A stretch of DNA of 63,315 nt, filler included, from Chiloscyllium plagiosum (Eukaryota), in NCBI RefSeq assembly GCF_004010195.1. It is 4 parts of one record of this genome, joined end to end, with 100 filler letters (N's around TTAATTAATTAA, not from the genome) between each part and the next. Parts side by side here need not be neighbours in the genome. Positions count along the whole stretch, not along the records: positions 22,380 to 37,705 come from NC_057712.1; 3 more parts are not named here. One strand, given 5' to 3'. The notes under the pieces were generated by a model. It searched no databases, was not told where the DNA came from, and saw only the letters and a program-made list of their open reading frames with translations. Position numbers and translations under genes: made by a program. Positions 25,289 through 36,529 of this stretch are shown in pieces; the first letter of the stretch is position 1; every line of letters starts with the position of its first letter.

Positions 25289-25356
25289 ATCCCAGAAATT
25301 ACATCCCAGAAATAACATCCCAGAAATAACATCCCAGAAATAACATCCCAGAAATA
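25289..25356 (+). repeat. 14-bp tandem repeat ATCCCAGAAATAAC, about 5 copies
   Basis: Read directly; lies inside old CR1 ORF2 sequence. Confidence 0.9.
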
Positions 25357-25956
25357 GCTGTAACTCAGGGAATGGGATGGACGAACTCAGGTAAATTGCA
25401 AACACCAGGAAAGTGTTATTGAGGATATTATTGGAGCTGCAGGCTCCCTGACCCCTGGTAGACTTTGTATGAGGCTTTCACAAGATGTGCCCGATTGATA
25501 ATTACTGGATTAGTTTTAATTTTCCAAAACTTCCTTGATTTGGAGAAAGTTCTATTCTATTGGAGAATGTATCCTTTTTATTCAAAAAGGAAAGGGACAG
25601 TTATCTCAACAGCTGTCACAGAAAAGAACATGTTTGTGAGTATTATTAAATATTAGCAGGGCTGTTAGAAACATGCACGCTATTCAGGCAGTTTAATATG
25701 GTTTTGTAAAAGAGAAGTCATGATTTAACAGTTTATTGGAGTTCTTTGACAAAGTAATGCACTGTGGACAAAAGGAAACTGATCGATGCATGACTTAGAT
25801 TTTCTGATCAGGCGCCACCACAAAGGTTCCTGCAGAAAATAAAAGCCTATAGTATGAGGGTAATATATCGACATGGATAGAGTTTGACCAGCCAACAGGA
25901 AGCAGTGAAAACACAAACAATCATTATCTAGTTGTCAGAGTATAACGAGTGGTGTG

Positions 25957-27825
25957 TGGATGATTGCAGAGTACTTGGAAGAGCATAGTAAAATTGAACT
26001 GATCGGTATGGCTTTATCAAAGGGAGGTTATACCTGATAAAACTGGTTGAATTCTTTGAAGAGGTAATGAGCAATTTAGACAAAGGAGAGCCAGTGGATG
26101 TGAACTATTTCCCGAAGGCCTTTGACAAGGGGCCACACAAAAGACTACTAATTAAGATAAGAGCCCATGGTGTTAGGGACAAGGTAATGGCATGGATAAA
26201 GAATTGGCTGACTGGCAGAAGGCAGAGGTTGGAGATAAAGGGGTCTTTTTCAGGATGACAGCCAGTGACTAGTGGGGTTCTGCACGGGTCAGAGTTGGGA
26301 CCACAACAATGCACATTGTACATTGATGATCTGGATGAAGAAACTGAGGGCATTGTTGCTAAGTTTGCAGATAATACAAAGACAGAAGGACATGTAGTGG
26401 GGAGGCTGCAGAAGAACCTGGACAGGCTAGGACAGTGAGCAAAGAAGTGGCAGCTGGAATACAGTGTGGGAGAGGGTGCGGTTATGCACTTGTTTTGGAA
26501 AAATAGAGGCACGGACTAGTTTCTAAATGGGGAAAGGTTTCAGAAATCTGAAGCACAAAGGGACTTAGGGGCCCTAGTTCAGGATTCTCTTAAGGTTAAG
26601 ATGCAGATTCAGTTGACAATTAAAAGGGCAAATGTAATGTTAGCATTAATTTCAAGAGGGTTTGAATACAAGACAAGGGATGTACTGCTAAGGCTGTGTA
26701 AGGCTCTGGTCAGAACACATTTGGAATATTGTGAGCAGTTTCAGGCCCTGTATTGAAGGAAGGATGTGCTGGCCATGGGGGTCCAGGGGAAGTTTACAAG
26801 AATGATCTCACAGATGAAGTGCTTGTGATATAAGGAGCGGTTGAGGACTCTTGATCTGTTCTCCAAGGTATTTACAATGATAAGGGGAGGATCTGATTGA
26901 AACTTACAGAATAGAACATAGAACATAGAACATAGAAGAATACAGCGCAGTAAGGAGCGGTTGAGGACTCTTGATCTGTTCTCCAAGGTATTTACAATGA
27001 TAAGGGGAGGATCTGATTGAAACTTACAGAATACTGAGAGGCCTGGATAGAGTGCATGTGGGGAAGATGTTTCCACTAGTAGGAGAGACAAGGACCTGAA
27101 GGTACAGCGTCAGAGTGAAGTAACAACCATTTTGAATGGAATGAAGGGGAATTTCTTGAACCAGAGTGTGGTTCATCTGTGGATCTCATTGTCCCAGAGA
27201 GCTGTGGAGACCAAATTATTGAGTGTATTTAAGACAGAGAGAGATAGGTTCTTGATTGGTAAAGAGATTAAGGGTTATGGGGAGAAGGTTGGTAAATGGG
27301 GTTTGAAAACATATCAGCCAAGATAGGGTGGTGGAGCTGACTTGATGGGTTGAGCCTAATTCTGCTCCTGTATCCTCTGATGTTATGAGAGATCTGTGTA
27401 CATGGACACCAAGATCCCTCTGCTCATCCACACTACCAAGTATCCGACCGTTAGCCCAGTACCCCATACTGAGAGGCCTGGATAGAGTGCATGTGGGGAA
27501 GATGTTTCCACTAGTAAGAGAGACAAGGACCTGAAGGTACAGCCTCAGAGTGAAGTAACAACCATTTTGAATGGAATGAAGGGGAATTTCTTGAACCAGA
27601 GTGTGGTTAATCTGTGGATCTCATTGTCCCAGAGAGCTGTGGAGACCAAATTATTGAGTGTATTTAAGACAGAGAGAGATAGGTTCTTGATTGGTAAAGA
27701 GATTAAGGGTTATGGGGAGAAGGCTGGTAAATGGGGTTTGAAAACATATCAGCCAAGATAGGGTGGTGGAGTTGACTTGATGGGTTGAGCCTAATTCTGC
27801 TCCTGTATCCTCTGATGTTATGGTC
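25957..27825 (+). mobile_element. CR1 RT to 3' UTR with internal duplications
   Basis: KAFDKGPHKRLLIKIRAHG and KFADNTK; 26831-26913 repeated at 26951-27033; 27031-27387 repeated at 27466-27822. Confidence 0.85.
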
Positions 27826-27899
27826 CGATGGTGCCACAGGCATCATTACTGGGGCTTCACTGTTTTACAAGTTCTCTGAATAACTTGGAAAAAGACGTT

Positions 27900-28355
27900 T
27901 AGTCCAGATGTCCCCAGCAGCTTCCCTTCTGATTCTCTTAATGGCTGTGCAGGCTTTTGAGGATCAGGTGCAGTAGCACATTCCAGAAGCGGAAGTTAAT
28001 ACTGAGATCAGAATGCAGACACCAATCACAGTGCGTGAAGCATTGGAGCAGCTGTCTGCACGCCTGGCTAGAGGGAATGGTCATCCCACCATTTCGGATA
28101 CCGGGGCTTCTGCCAATTCAGCTCACTCCACATCATAGAAATCAAGGAGGCAGCGACTGGATACTGCAAAGGCTATGGGTCCTGACAACTTCCCAGCAAT
28201 AGTACTGTGCTCCAGGGCTATATCTGTGCCAGTCCCCTAGCCAAGCCGTCCCAGTACAGTTACAACACTGACATCTGCTCAACAATGTGGAAAACATCCA
28301 GGCATGTACTGTACATAAAAGCAGGACAAATCTAACCCGGTCAATTCCCTCCCTA
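27900..28355 (+). mobile_element. L2/CR1-clade LINE ORF2 remnant
   Basis: aaggctatgggtcctgacaac (KAMGPDN) ... caggacaaatctaacccg (QDKSNP); same family at 34940-35340. Confidence 0.55.
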
Positions 28356-29236
28356 ACAGCATTGTGGGTCTACGTAGAACACATGGACTATGATGGGTTA
28401 CATGAGTGAACAAAGATCTGACAAATGGGGTAGAATATGTGAAGATATGTGTTTATCTGTTTTAGCAGAGAGAATAAAAGAGCATTTCATCAAAATAGTT
28501 AGAAATGTTAGTACTCTGAGATGTAAAGGCATCCAGATGTCCTTGTGTATGAATCACAAGCAGTGGTATGCAGGTGTAGCAGGTAATTAGGAAAGATATT
28601 AGAATGTTCTGATTTATTCTGAGGGGAATCAGATGTAAACGAAGATGGTTGTGCTTCATGCAGGGTATTGTTCAGACTAAATCTGGAGGACTGTGTGCAG
28701 TGTTGGTCTCCTTACTTAGATCAAACAACAAAGAACTGCCCGGGAACAGGCCCTTTGACCCACCAAACCTGTACCAACACATGACACCTTTATAAACTAA
28801 GCAACCTGCCTCCATCTGGATCATATACCTCTATTCCCTGATTATTCATGCATCTGCCTTTTAAACATTGCTATTGTACCTGCCTCTTCCACCACCTCTG
28901 GCATTGTATTCCCTTTGTGTGAAAATACCTTGCCTCTCATATCTCCTTTAAACTTACCGCTTTTACCTTGAACCTATATCCCTTCGTCTTTGACATTTCT
29001 AACCTGGGGGGATAAAGCCTCTGAATATTCATTCTATCCATGCCTGTCATTATTTTGTAAATTCCTTTCAGATCACTCCTCACCTCTGACATTCAAATAA
29101 AAACAACCAAGTTTGTCCAATCTCCGCGCATAGCTAATACCCTCCCAACCAGGCAACATCCTGGTAAACCATTTCTGTACCCTCTCCAAAGCCTCCATAT
29201 TCTTTGGTAGTGTGGTGCCCAGAACTGTACAGAATA

Positions 29237-30183
29237 CAATGCTTGTGTTTGTGCAATCTCAGACCATTGTCAGCACATTTATGGAGGCATATGAGAACTT
29301 AGGTCTCGCCTTGAACATCCGCAAGATGAAGGACCTTCTCGAACCTGGCCAAGCATAATGGGTAAACCCTTAATCATCAAAGTCCATGCGGAGGCTTTAG
29401 ACAATGTTGTCCATTTCCAGTATGTCGGGACTATCCTGTTGGTCAAAGCAGCTATTGATGAAAAGATCCAGCATCGCCTCCAGTGTGCTAGCACAATCTT
29501 TAGTGGCCTAAGGAACAGGGTGTTTTAGGACAGCAGCATCAGATCCAACTCTGAACTCACAGTTTACAGAGCTGTGGTTGTTCCCACCCTCCTATATGAT
29601 TCTGAGACATGGACCGTCTGTAGCAGACATCTCAAGGTACTGCAGCAGTCCCACCAACGCTGTCTGCGCAAGATCCTGCAAACTTGTTGGTAAGACAGAT
29701 GCATCAACACCAGCATCCCTGACCAAGCCGACCTCCCCAGCATCGAGGCACTGACTGTTCCTTGGGGCATGTTGTCCCCATGACCAACAACAGACTCCCC
29801 AAGCAGGTGCTCTCCTCCCAGCTCTGAAATGGCAGGTGAGCCTCAGGTTGGACAGAGGAAGTGCTTCAGGGATACCCTCAATGGCTCACTGGTCAGGTGC
29901 AGCTTCCCACTGACACCTGGGAATCACTGGCCCAAGACCGTCCAAAGTGGCAGAGGAGCATCTGGGAAGGTATCGAGCATCTCGAGACTTGCTGTCGGGA
30001 AAAAGTGGAAGCCAGGTGGAAACAGCGAAAGGTGCAAGCTGTCACACCAACTCCCCAGCCATTCCCTTCCCATGACCACCTCCTGCTCCAAGTGGAACAC
30101 GGCCTACGCAGCCACGTTGGTCTCTACACCCTGAGAGTGGAAGAGAGTCACCCTCGTCTGTGAGGGACCACCGATGATGATGA
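29237..30183 (+). mobile_element. RTE-clade LINE 3' half
   Basis: AYENLGLALNIRK...IDEKIQHRLQCAS...VYRAVVVPTLLYDSETWT...QRCLRKIL...WESLAQDRPKW; (GAT)n tail. Confidence 0.9.
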
Positions 30184-30305
30184 CACAATATTCCAAACGT
30201 GACCTAACTAAAGTTCTAATGTGGAGGTGCTGGAGTGGAGTGGAGTGGACAAAGTTAAAAGTCACAAGCGCCAGGTTATAGTCCAACAGGTTTATTTGGA
30301 AGCAC

Positions 30306-30334
30306 TAGCTTTCAGACCGCTGCTTCTTCATCAG
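30306..30334 (-). ncRNA. Hammerhead motif (PLE family B)
   Basis: Reverse complement: CTGATGA-AGAAGC AGC GGTCT-GAAA-GC-TA; AGCT palindromic stem III; stem II partly mismatched. Confidence 0.7.
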
Positions 30335-30431
30335 GTAGCTACCTAAATATACTCCAAAGTTTGGGAGAAGATTTGTAGCTCGGAAGCTCGTTGTTGTGGT
30401 TCTGTTCGCCGAGCTGGGAATTTGTGTTGCA

Positions 30432-30465
30432 AACGTTTCGTCCCCTGTCTAGGTGACATCCTCAG
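30432..30465 (-). ncRNA. Hammerhead motif (PLE family C)
   Basis: Reverse complement: GCA-CTGAGGA-TGTCACCT AGAC AGGGGAC-GAAA-CG-TT-TGC. Confidence 0.8.
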
Positions 30466-31087
30466 TGCTTGGGAGCCTCCTGTGAAGCGCTTCTGTGATC
30501 TTTCCTCCGGCATTTGTAGTGGTTTGAATCCGCTAGACACCAATTAGCCACGAAACGACACGATCAGCTATCCTTAGTAGCCACACACGCAGATGTAATA
30601 GTAGTGTTGTCCCAGTCAAACTCATGTTGCTTATCATCTGCGTGTGTGGCTACTAAGGATGTCATGTCATTTCATGGCTAGTTGGTGTTCTTGGATGCGG
30701 ATCGTTAGCTGTCTTCCTGTTTGTCCTATGTAGTGTTTTGTGCAGTCCTTGCATGGGATTTTGTACACTACGTTGGTTTTGCTCATGCTGGGTATCGGGT
30801 CCTTCGTCCTGGTGAGTTGTTGTCTGAGAGTGGCTGTTGGTTTGTGTAACATGAGTTCGACTGTGACAACACTACTATTAAAGAACAAGCCAAACAGAGA
30901 ACAGCCAGGGAATTCCTAGAGGCATGGCACTCATCCACAGATTCAATCAATAAGCACATCGACCTGGACCCAATATACCGGCCACTGCAGCGGACAGCTG
31001 GAACTGACAACCGGAAGCAGCAGAGACAAACCACTATAAATGCCGGAGGAAAGATCACAGAAGCGCTTCACAGGAGGCTCCCAAGCA

Positions 31088-31121
31088 CTGAGGATGTCAT
31101 CTAGACAGGGGACGAAACGTC
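31088..31121 (+). ncRNA. Hammerhead motif (PLE family C) with GUC cleavage triplet
   Basis: GCA-CTGAGGA-TGTCATCT AGAC AGGGGAC-GAAA-CG-TC-TGC; stem I GCA/TGC; ACGT palindrome. Confidence 0.8.
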
Positions 31122-32414
31122 TGCAACACAAATTCCCAGCTCGGCGAACAGAACCACAACTAAATATACTCCATCAGACTCATGCAAACACTGTATCAAG
31201 TACACACGCACGCATACACACACACATACAAACACTCTCTCTCTCTCTCTCCCACACACACACTCTCACTCTCTCCTTCTCTCCCACACACACTCACAGT
31301 CTCTCACTCTCTCCCTCACACGCACAGACACATGCTCGCACACAAACATATGGGTAAATTTGCATTTGCAGATTTGTATTGTAGATACATTCTATTTTGT
31401 TCAAAAAGCACACAATCTGTAGACAGTCAGTGCATGTGACATTTTATCAATTCCTACTTTGGAAATAGAATAAGTCTGACTCAAGGTTGGGATACAGACA
31501 GACTCTAACCTTACACCTTTATTGCATTGTCTGAGCTGAGATGTCACCTTTTTTTATGAAACCTTAAGTTATCTTGGGAATGTGACTTGAAAGAAGTTGT
31601 GGGATTTACATATTAATAAATCAAAACCTGAAATTCCATTCTAAGTGATTAAAGACTTAACAGCAAACTAGGTTTGTTCAATACATTACATCAGTTATAC
31701 GACACTTTGATCTTTTACTATAAATTCTGTGTCCTATGATCCTGCCCCAGTAGATACCTGATGAAAGAACACACACACACACTCACACTCTCTCCCTCTC
31801 TCCCACACACACACTCACACTCTCTCCCTCTCTCCCACACGCACTCACACTCTCACTCCCTCTTTCCCACACACACACACTCACACTCTCTCCCTCTCTC
31901 CCACACACACTCACACTCTCTCTCTCTCCCTCACATGCACGCCCCACACACGTAAGTCTATGGGTGATTTTGCATTTGCAGATACGTTCTATTTTGTTTA
32001 TAACGTACACAATCTTTAGGCAGTCAATATTTTTTATAATCCATGTGACATTTTATAAATTCGTACTTTGTAAATAGAACCAGTTTAACTCAAGTTGGGA
32101 TACAGACAGACTCTAACCTCACACCTTTAAAGCATTGTCTGAGCTGAGATGTCACCTTTTTTTATAAAACCTTAATATCTCGGGAACGTGACTTGAAAGA
32201 AGTTCTGGGATTTACATATTAATGAATCGAAACCTGCATCCCATTTTAAGTGATTAAAGACTTTAACTGCAGTCGAGGTTTGTTCAATATATTGCATCAG
32301 TTGTACGACACTATGATCTTTTGCTATAAATTCTGTGTCTTATGATTGTACTCCACTAGCTACATGGTGAAGGAGCAGCACCTCCAAACGCTTGTACTTC
32401 CAAATAAATCTGAT

Positions 32415-32792
32415 ATACCTATAGAATTAGGTATATTAGGTTTATTTTGATAATAAGATAATCAGAGGGTTAGATAGGATGGACAGTGAAAGACTTTTTC
32501 CTCGGATGGTGATGGCTAGCACAAGGGGACATTTCTACAAATTGAGGGGTGATAGATATAGGAGAGATGTCAGAGGTAGTTTCTTTACTCAGAGAGTAGT
32601 AGCGGTGTGGAACGCCCTGCCTGCAACAGCAGTAGACTCCCTAACTTTAAGGGCATTTAAATGGTCATTGGATAAACATATGGATGAAAACGGAATAGTG
32701 TAGGTTAGATAGGCTTCAGATTGGTTCCACAGGTTGGCGCAACGTCAAGGGCCGAAGGGCCAGTACTGTGTTGTAATGTTCCATGTTCTATG
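32415..32792 (+). mobile_element. CR1 3' fragment nested in the PLE family-B terminus
   Basis: DSERLFPRMVMASTRGHFYKLRG...FFTQRVVAVWNALP; TTCTATG tail. Confidence 0.85.
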
Positions 32793-33049
32793 TAAGCCTG
32801 TTGGACTATAACCTGATGCTGTGTGATTTTTAAGTTTGTCCACCTCAATCCAACACCAGCACCTCCACATCATATGTCATCTTGACCACCTTATCCACTT
32901 GTATTGCCACTTTCAGGGAACTGTAGACCTGTACACATGGATCTCTGTGTATGTTAATATTTCTAAGGGTTCTGCCATTTACTTCCCTCCCACATGCGAC
33001 TTTCCAAAGTGCATCACCTCACATTTGCCCGGATTAATCTTAAAAGACA

Positions 33050-34560
33050 ATTAGAAACATAAGACATATAGGCTGAAATAAAAAAAACATATCAGAAGGA
33101 GTTGAAGATGCCAATAGGAATTTAACACAGATTGCCTGATAGTTGAAAATGGATGGAGGAAGAAATATATGTAACTGAATAAAGGACTTGGAATAATAAT
33201 AATTGGAGGTTTTAACTCCCTCTGATAAACTAATAAGAAAAGCTACATGGAATGTGGTTTTTCCCTTGGGTGCAGGACTCCTTTCTTGTACAGAATGTGA
33301 ATAATCCAGGAAGAGTTGAAGAGCTGCAAACACAGAAATAGAATACTTAAAAGGAATAAATGTGTGCATAATGACTAAAGAAATAAAGACAAAACAGGAA
33401 CTAATGAAAATGACAGAAACCCAGAACTGAGATGTGAATGACAAAAGATAATATGGAAAGATTAGGAAATAAGTTTAAAAAAAACATTAAACTACAAAAT
33501 GAAATTGTCAAGAAATATAAGAATATAGAGCAGAGTTTTGTACATTTACATAAATAACAAAGGGAAAATCAGGATAGGGATATGTTGCTAAGCGATATAC
33601 ATGAAGAAGTCACAGGTAATGACAGCAGAATGGGAGAAACATTAAGTACTGTATTTACCAGAATCGGCATGGTAGACATTATATCAGAGATGATTGATTA
33701 AATCATTTTAGATTACATCAATCCATGTAAAAAGTCAGAGAAGAGATAGTGGAGGCATTGTCATATTGATATCAGAATTCATCATAGTGTTCACAATGTG
33801 CCCTGTAAGGTACTGTATAGTGTTTAGGTAGTGAAATTCACAACGTGTGGAGTTAGGGGACAAGAATGAATATAAGGTTGGCTGTAAAATTAAAAGCCAA
33901 GTGTACTTTGGGAACACTTTTCACCATTTAGAAATAAGCTCTTTGGAAAGTAAATATATCTAAAAGAGGTAGAAGAATAGAGGGATCTGGGCTACAGTCA
34001 CATAGATCATGACAGTAGCTACATAGGTTAATAGACTGTACAAACTAACCAAGCATATACAGCTTTATGAATTGACAAACAGAGGTTTGATTTAACTTGT
34101 ATTGAGCCTTGGGCTAGATTACTCTTGGTAATATGAATGGTTTTTGTCTCCATTTATAAACAAAATGTGCTGGTAAGCCAGTGTCACTCACACTACGAAT
34201 GAATACAAAACAATTGCTAGAATTATACCAGAAAATAAACATTAACCTTAATCTGAGACTGTTCTCCACAAAATTGAAAACTGCCAAAAATGGTGCTCTC
34301 ACTTGTAAGCAAGGCCAATATAAAGAGTTCGAAATACCAGACTCCAAAATCCAAGAGTGAATCAAAGAGAAACTTCCATATCTCATGGGTGGCTAAAGTG
34401 TGGAGCAGTTCCGATAAAAATCCATGAGGAACTTAGATCTGTGTGGGAGAACAGAAGGCAACAAGATAGGAGGAGTCTCATGTGGAGTGTATACACTTGC
34501 GTGGACCTGTTAGACCGCCACCTGCCTGTTTCTGTGCTGTGAATCCTTTGTAATTTACTG
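33050..34560 (+). mobile_element. Very old CR1-like ORF2 remnants
   Basis: A-rich decayed coding-like DNA; gtagaagaatagagggatctggg (VEE*RDLG); 3' UTR-like end near 34500-34550. Confidence 0.4.
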
Positions 34561-34939
34561 GCTTTCATTATAACTGTCTTTTATCAAGCCCGGGTGAATG
34601 TTCCTGATGTGCAAATCAAAATACTATGGCTGAGTGAATGATTTGATGATGAGAGAGGTGGAGTGTAGAGTCATTTCATAGTCAAACATCATCCTGTCCC
34701 CAGTCAACATTCACACACAAACACATTCCATCATGTGTCACTTCATGGGTGGTGAGAAGCAGGAAGCCTATCTAATTCCTTGGCACATCGTCTCAACAAT
34801 GATAAAGGTCCTTGTGGTATGCTGGGTTATCTAATTCACCAATGATCTTTGGTTCATGGTGAGACTTCCATGGTCTTTGTGACTGATTATTGCTTCAGCT
34901 GGTACAACCTTCTGTGATCTCTGCCCTTTGCCAAAAAAA

Positions 34940-35850
34940 AGACTATGGGCATGAACAACATTCCAATAATAGGAATGATGACTTATCTTCCAGAACTTGC
35001 TGGGTTCCTCATCGAGCTATTGTTCTGGCATCTGCCTGACAGTGTGGAAATCAGGCCAGGTACACCTGTCCAGAAAAGGTAGGGCTAACACAACCCATCC
35101 AATTACTACCCCATAAACCCCTTTTGGATTATCAGTCAAATGTTGGAAAGTATTGTTGACAGGGCTATCAAGCAGTGAATACGCTACAATTACCTACAGA
35201 CTGATACTCAGTTTGCGCTCTGCCAGAGATGCATCTGATCTTATTGCAGCCTTTGTCCAAACGTGGACAAAAGAGCTGAAGTAAAGGGAGGTGCAGGTGA
35301 CATATCTGAGCAGTTTTCCAAATTGTCAGTGTTGTGGTTCTACTGGAGCTGCCTGGCCAGTTGCAGAACACAAGTCTCAATACTATTGCTAGGATAATGT
35401 AGGGGCTATAATCCTTGCTGTGCTCATCACCTCCAACCATTTCTTCATGGTCTTGTGTTGTAGGTTCAAGAGGTTGGTATCACATTGCAAGGTATGCCTG
35501 GTACAGCTCCTGGCATAATCCTCTGCTCTTTGAACTGAATTAGAACTGAATCCCTTACTTTATGGTAATGATGGAATGAGGGATGTGTCAAACAGCAGTT
35601 ACTGCCAGTGGGTCAGCTCATTCCCATAGGGATAGTGAGGCCTTGGACTACAATTATAAGGGAAGATTTGTTGAATGTGATTGTATATTAGGCTGTTGCT
35701 TGATGAGGGTGTGGGACATCTCTTTCACTTGTGGAGCAAGTCCCCAGATGATAGTAAGGATTTTGCAGGGTCCATTTGGCACAACTTGCACATGTCAGTT
35801 TCGGTATCTAAATTGGTGCTGACTGTTCATGTGGTTTTATTCCTTACAGA
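34940..35850. mobile_element. L2/CR1-clade LINE remnants (plus strand 34940-35340; probably minus strand 35360-35850)
   Basis: MGMNNIP, PELAG and NPSNYYPINP...IISQMLESIV peptides on the plus strand; the minus part is weakly assigned. Confidence 0.5.
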
Positions 35851-35899
35851 CCTTTCTGAAGTGTTAGGTGGGGTAACTAAGAAGTTTGCTAGCTCATTT

Positions 35900-36150
35900 C
35901 CGAAGGCAGTTAAGAGTCAGCGACACTGCTGTGACTACAGAATGACTGACATATAGGCTAGAACAGATAAGGATGACAGATTTCCTACTTTCAAGGACCC
36001 GAGTAAAGCTGATGGGTATTTACTATTACTAAAATGAAACTTTAAGTCTAGATTTACTAATTATTTTTTCTTTATTCTTTCATGGGATGTGAGCATTTGT
36101 GGGAAGGCCAGCATTTGTTGCCTGACTAATTGCCCTGGAACTGAGTGGCA
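35900..36150 (-). mobile_element. Deu-domain SINE fragment (SacSINE1-like) and tail
   Basis: ggcagttaagagtcag...gctgtg...taaggatgacagatttcct, matching 48630-48730. Confidence 0.55.
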
Positions 36151-36529
36151 GAATCTGTCATTGGAGTGATTGACTATGGAAATGAGGGAGACTGAGTCAC
36201 AGCATTAATGAATCTTTAGAAAAGAGCAAAGGAGATGTGAGAGGGGCCAAAATATTGTGTTTGAGAGAGAGAAGATCCAGCAATTACTGTGTAATGTCTC
36301 CGTGCATAGATATTGTGGAGAATACAAGGAGAGTGTGCATGAAAAACAGCTTGTCTCTTTCTCTCTGCTGGTTACGATGACAGCTTCTGGCCTGGTTGAC
36401 TATGGCTAGGGGAATTGCTTCCTCTTTCACCCGCCCATACCAATGAACCCCAACGAACACTGAATCACTGCAGCAATGGACAGCACTGGACAATGTGGGA
36501 AGGCCTCCCTGGTATTATCCATGGTCACC

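Larger units (their letters stand above)
22000..28720 (+). mobile_element. Old degraded CR1 scaffold (ORF1 remnant, APE, RT) repeatedly interrupted by younger elements
   Basis: ORF1-like DNA at 22040-22195; APE start SI*NKTDELMAQIE at about 24090; RT remnants at 25440-25955 and 28390-28720. Confidence 0.6.
30357..31159. mobile_element. Penelope-like element family C (probably Poseidon-type GIY-YIG) with inverted termini
   Basis: SKTNVVYKIPCKDCTKHYIGQTGRQLTIRIQEH (-) and AREFLEAWHSSTDSINKHIDLDPIY (+); exact 14-bp TSD CTAAATATACTCCA at 30343-30356 and 31160-31173. Confidence 0.9.
30219..32873. mobile_element. PLE family-B complex: inverted short terminus (30219-30342) plus two tandem ~610-bp units
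   Basis: Outer ends are inverted copies of each other; units start at about 31350 and 31960, each preceded by a CA/CT microsatellite; interrupted by PLE family C and by a CR1 (32415-32792). Confidence 0.7.
28720..33040 (-). mobile_element. CR1 3' fragment split into three pieces (28720-29236, 30184-30218, 32874-33040)
   Basis: Collinear CR1 sequence resumes after the RTE and after the PLE complex (LVRSRLEYC at about 30184-30218). Confidence 0.7.
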
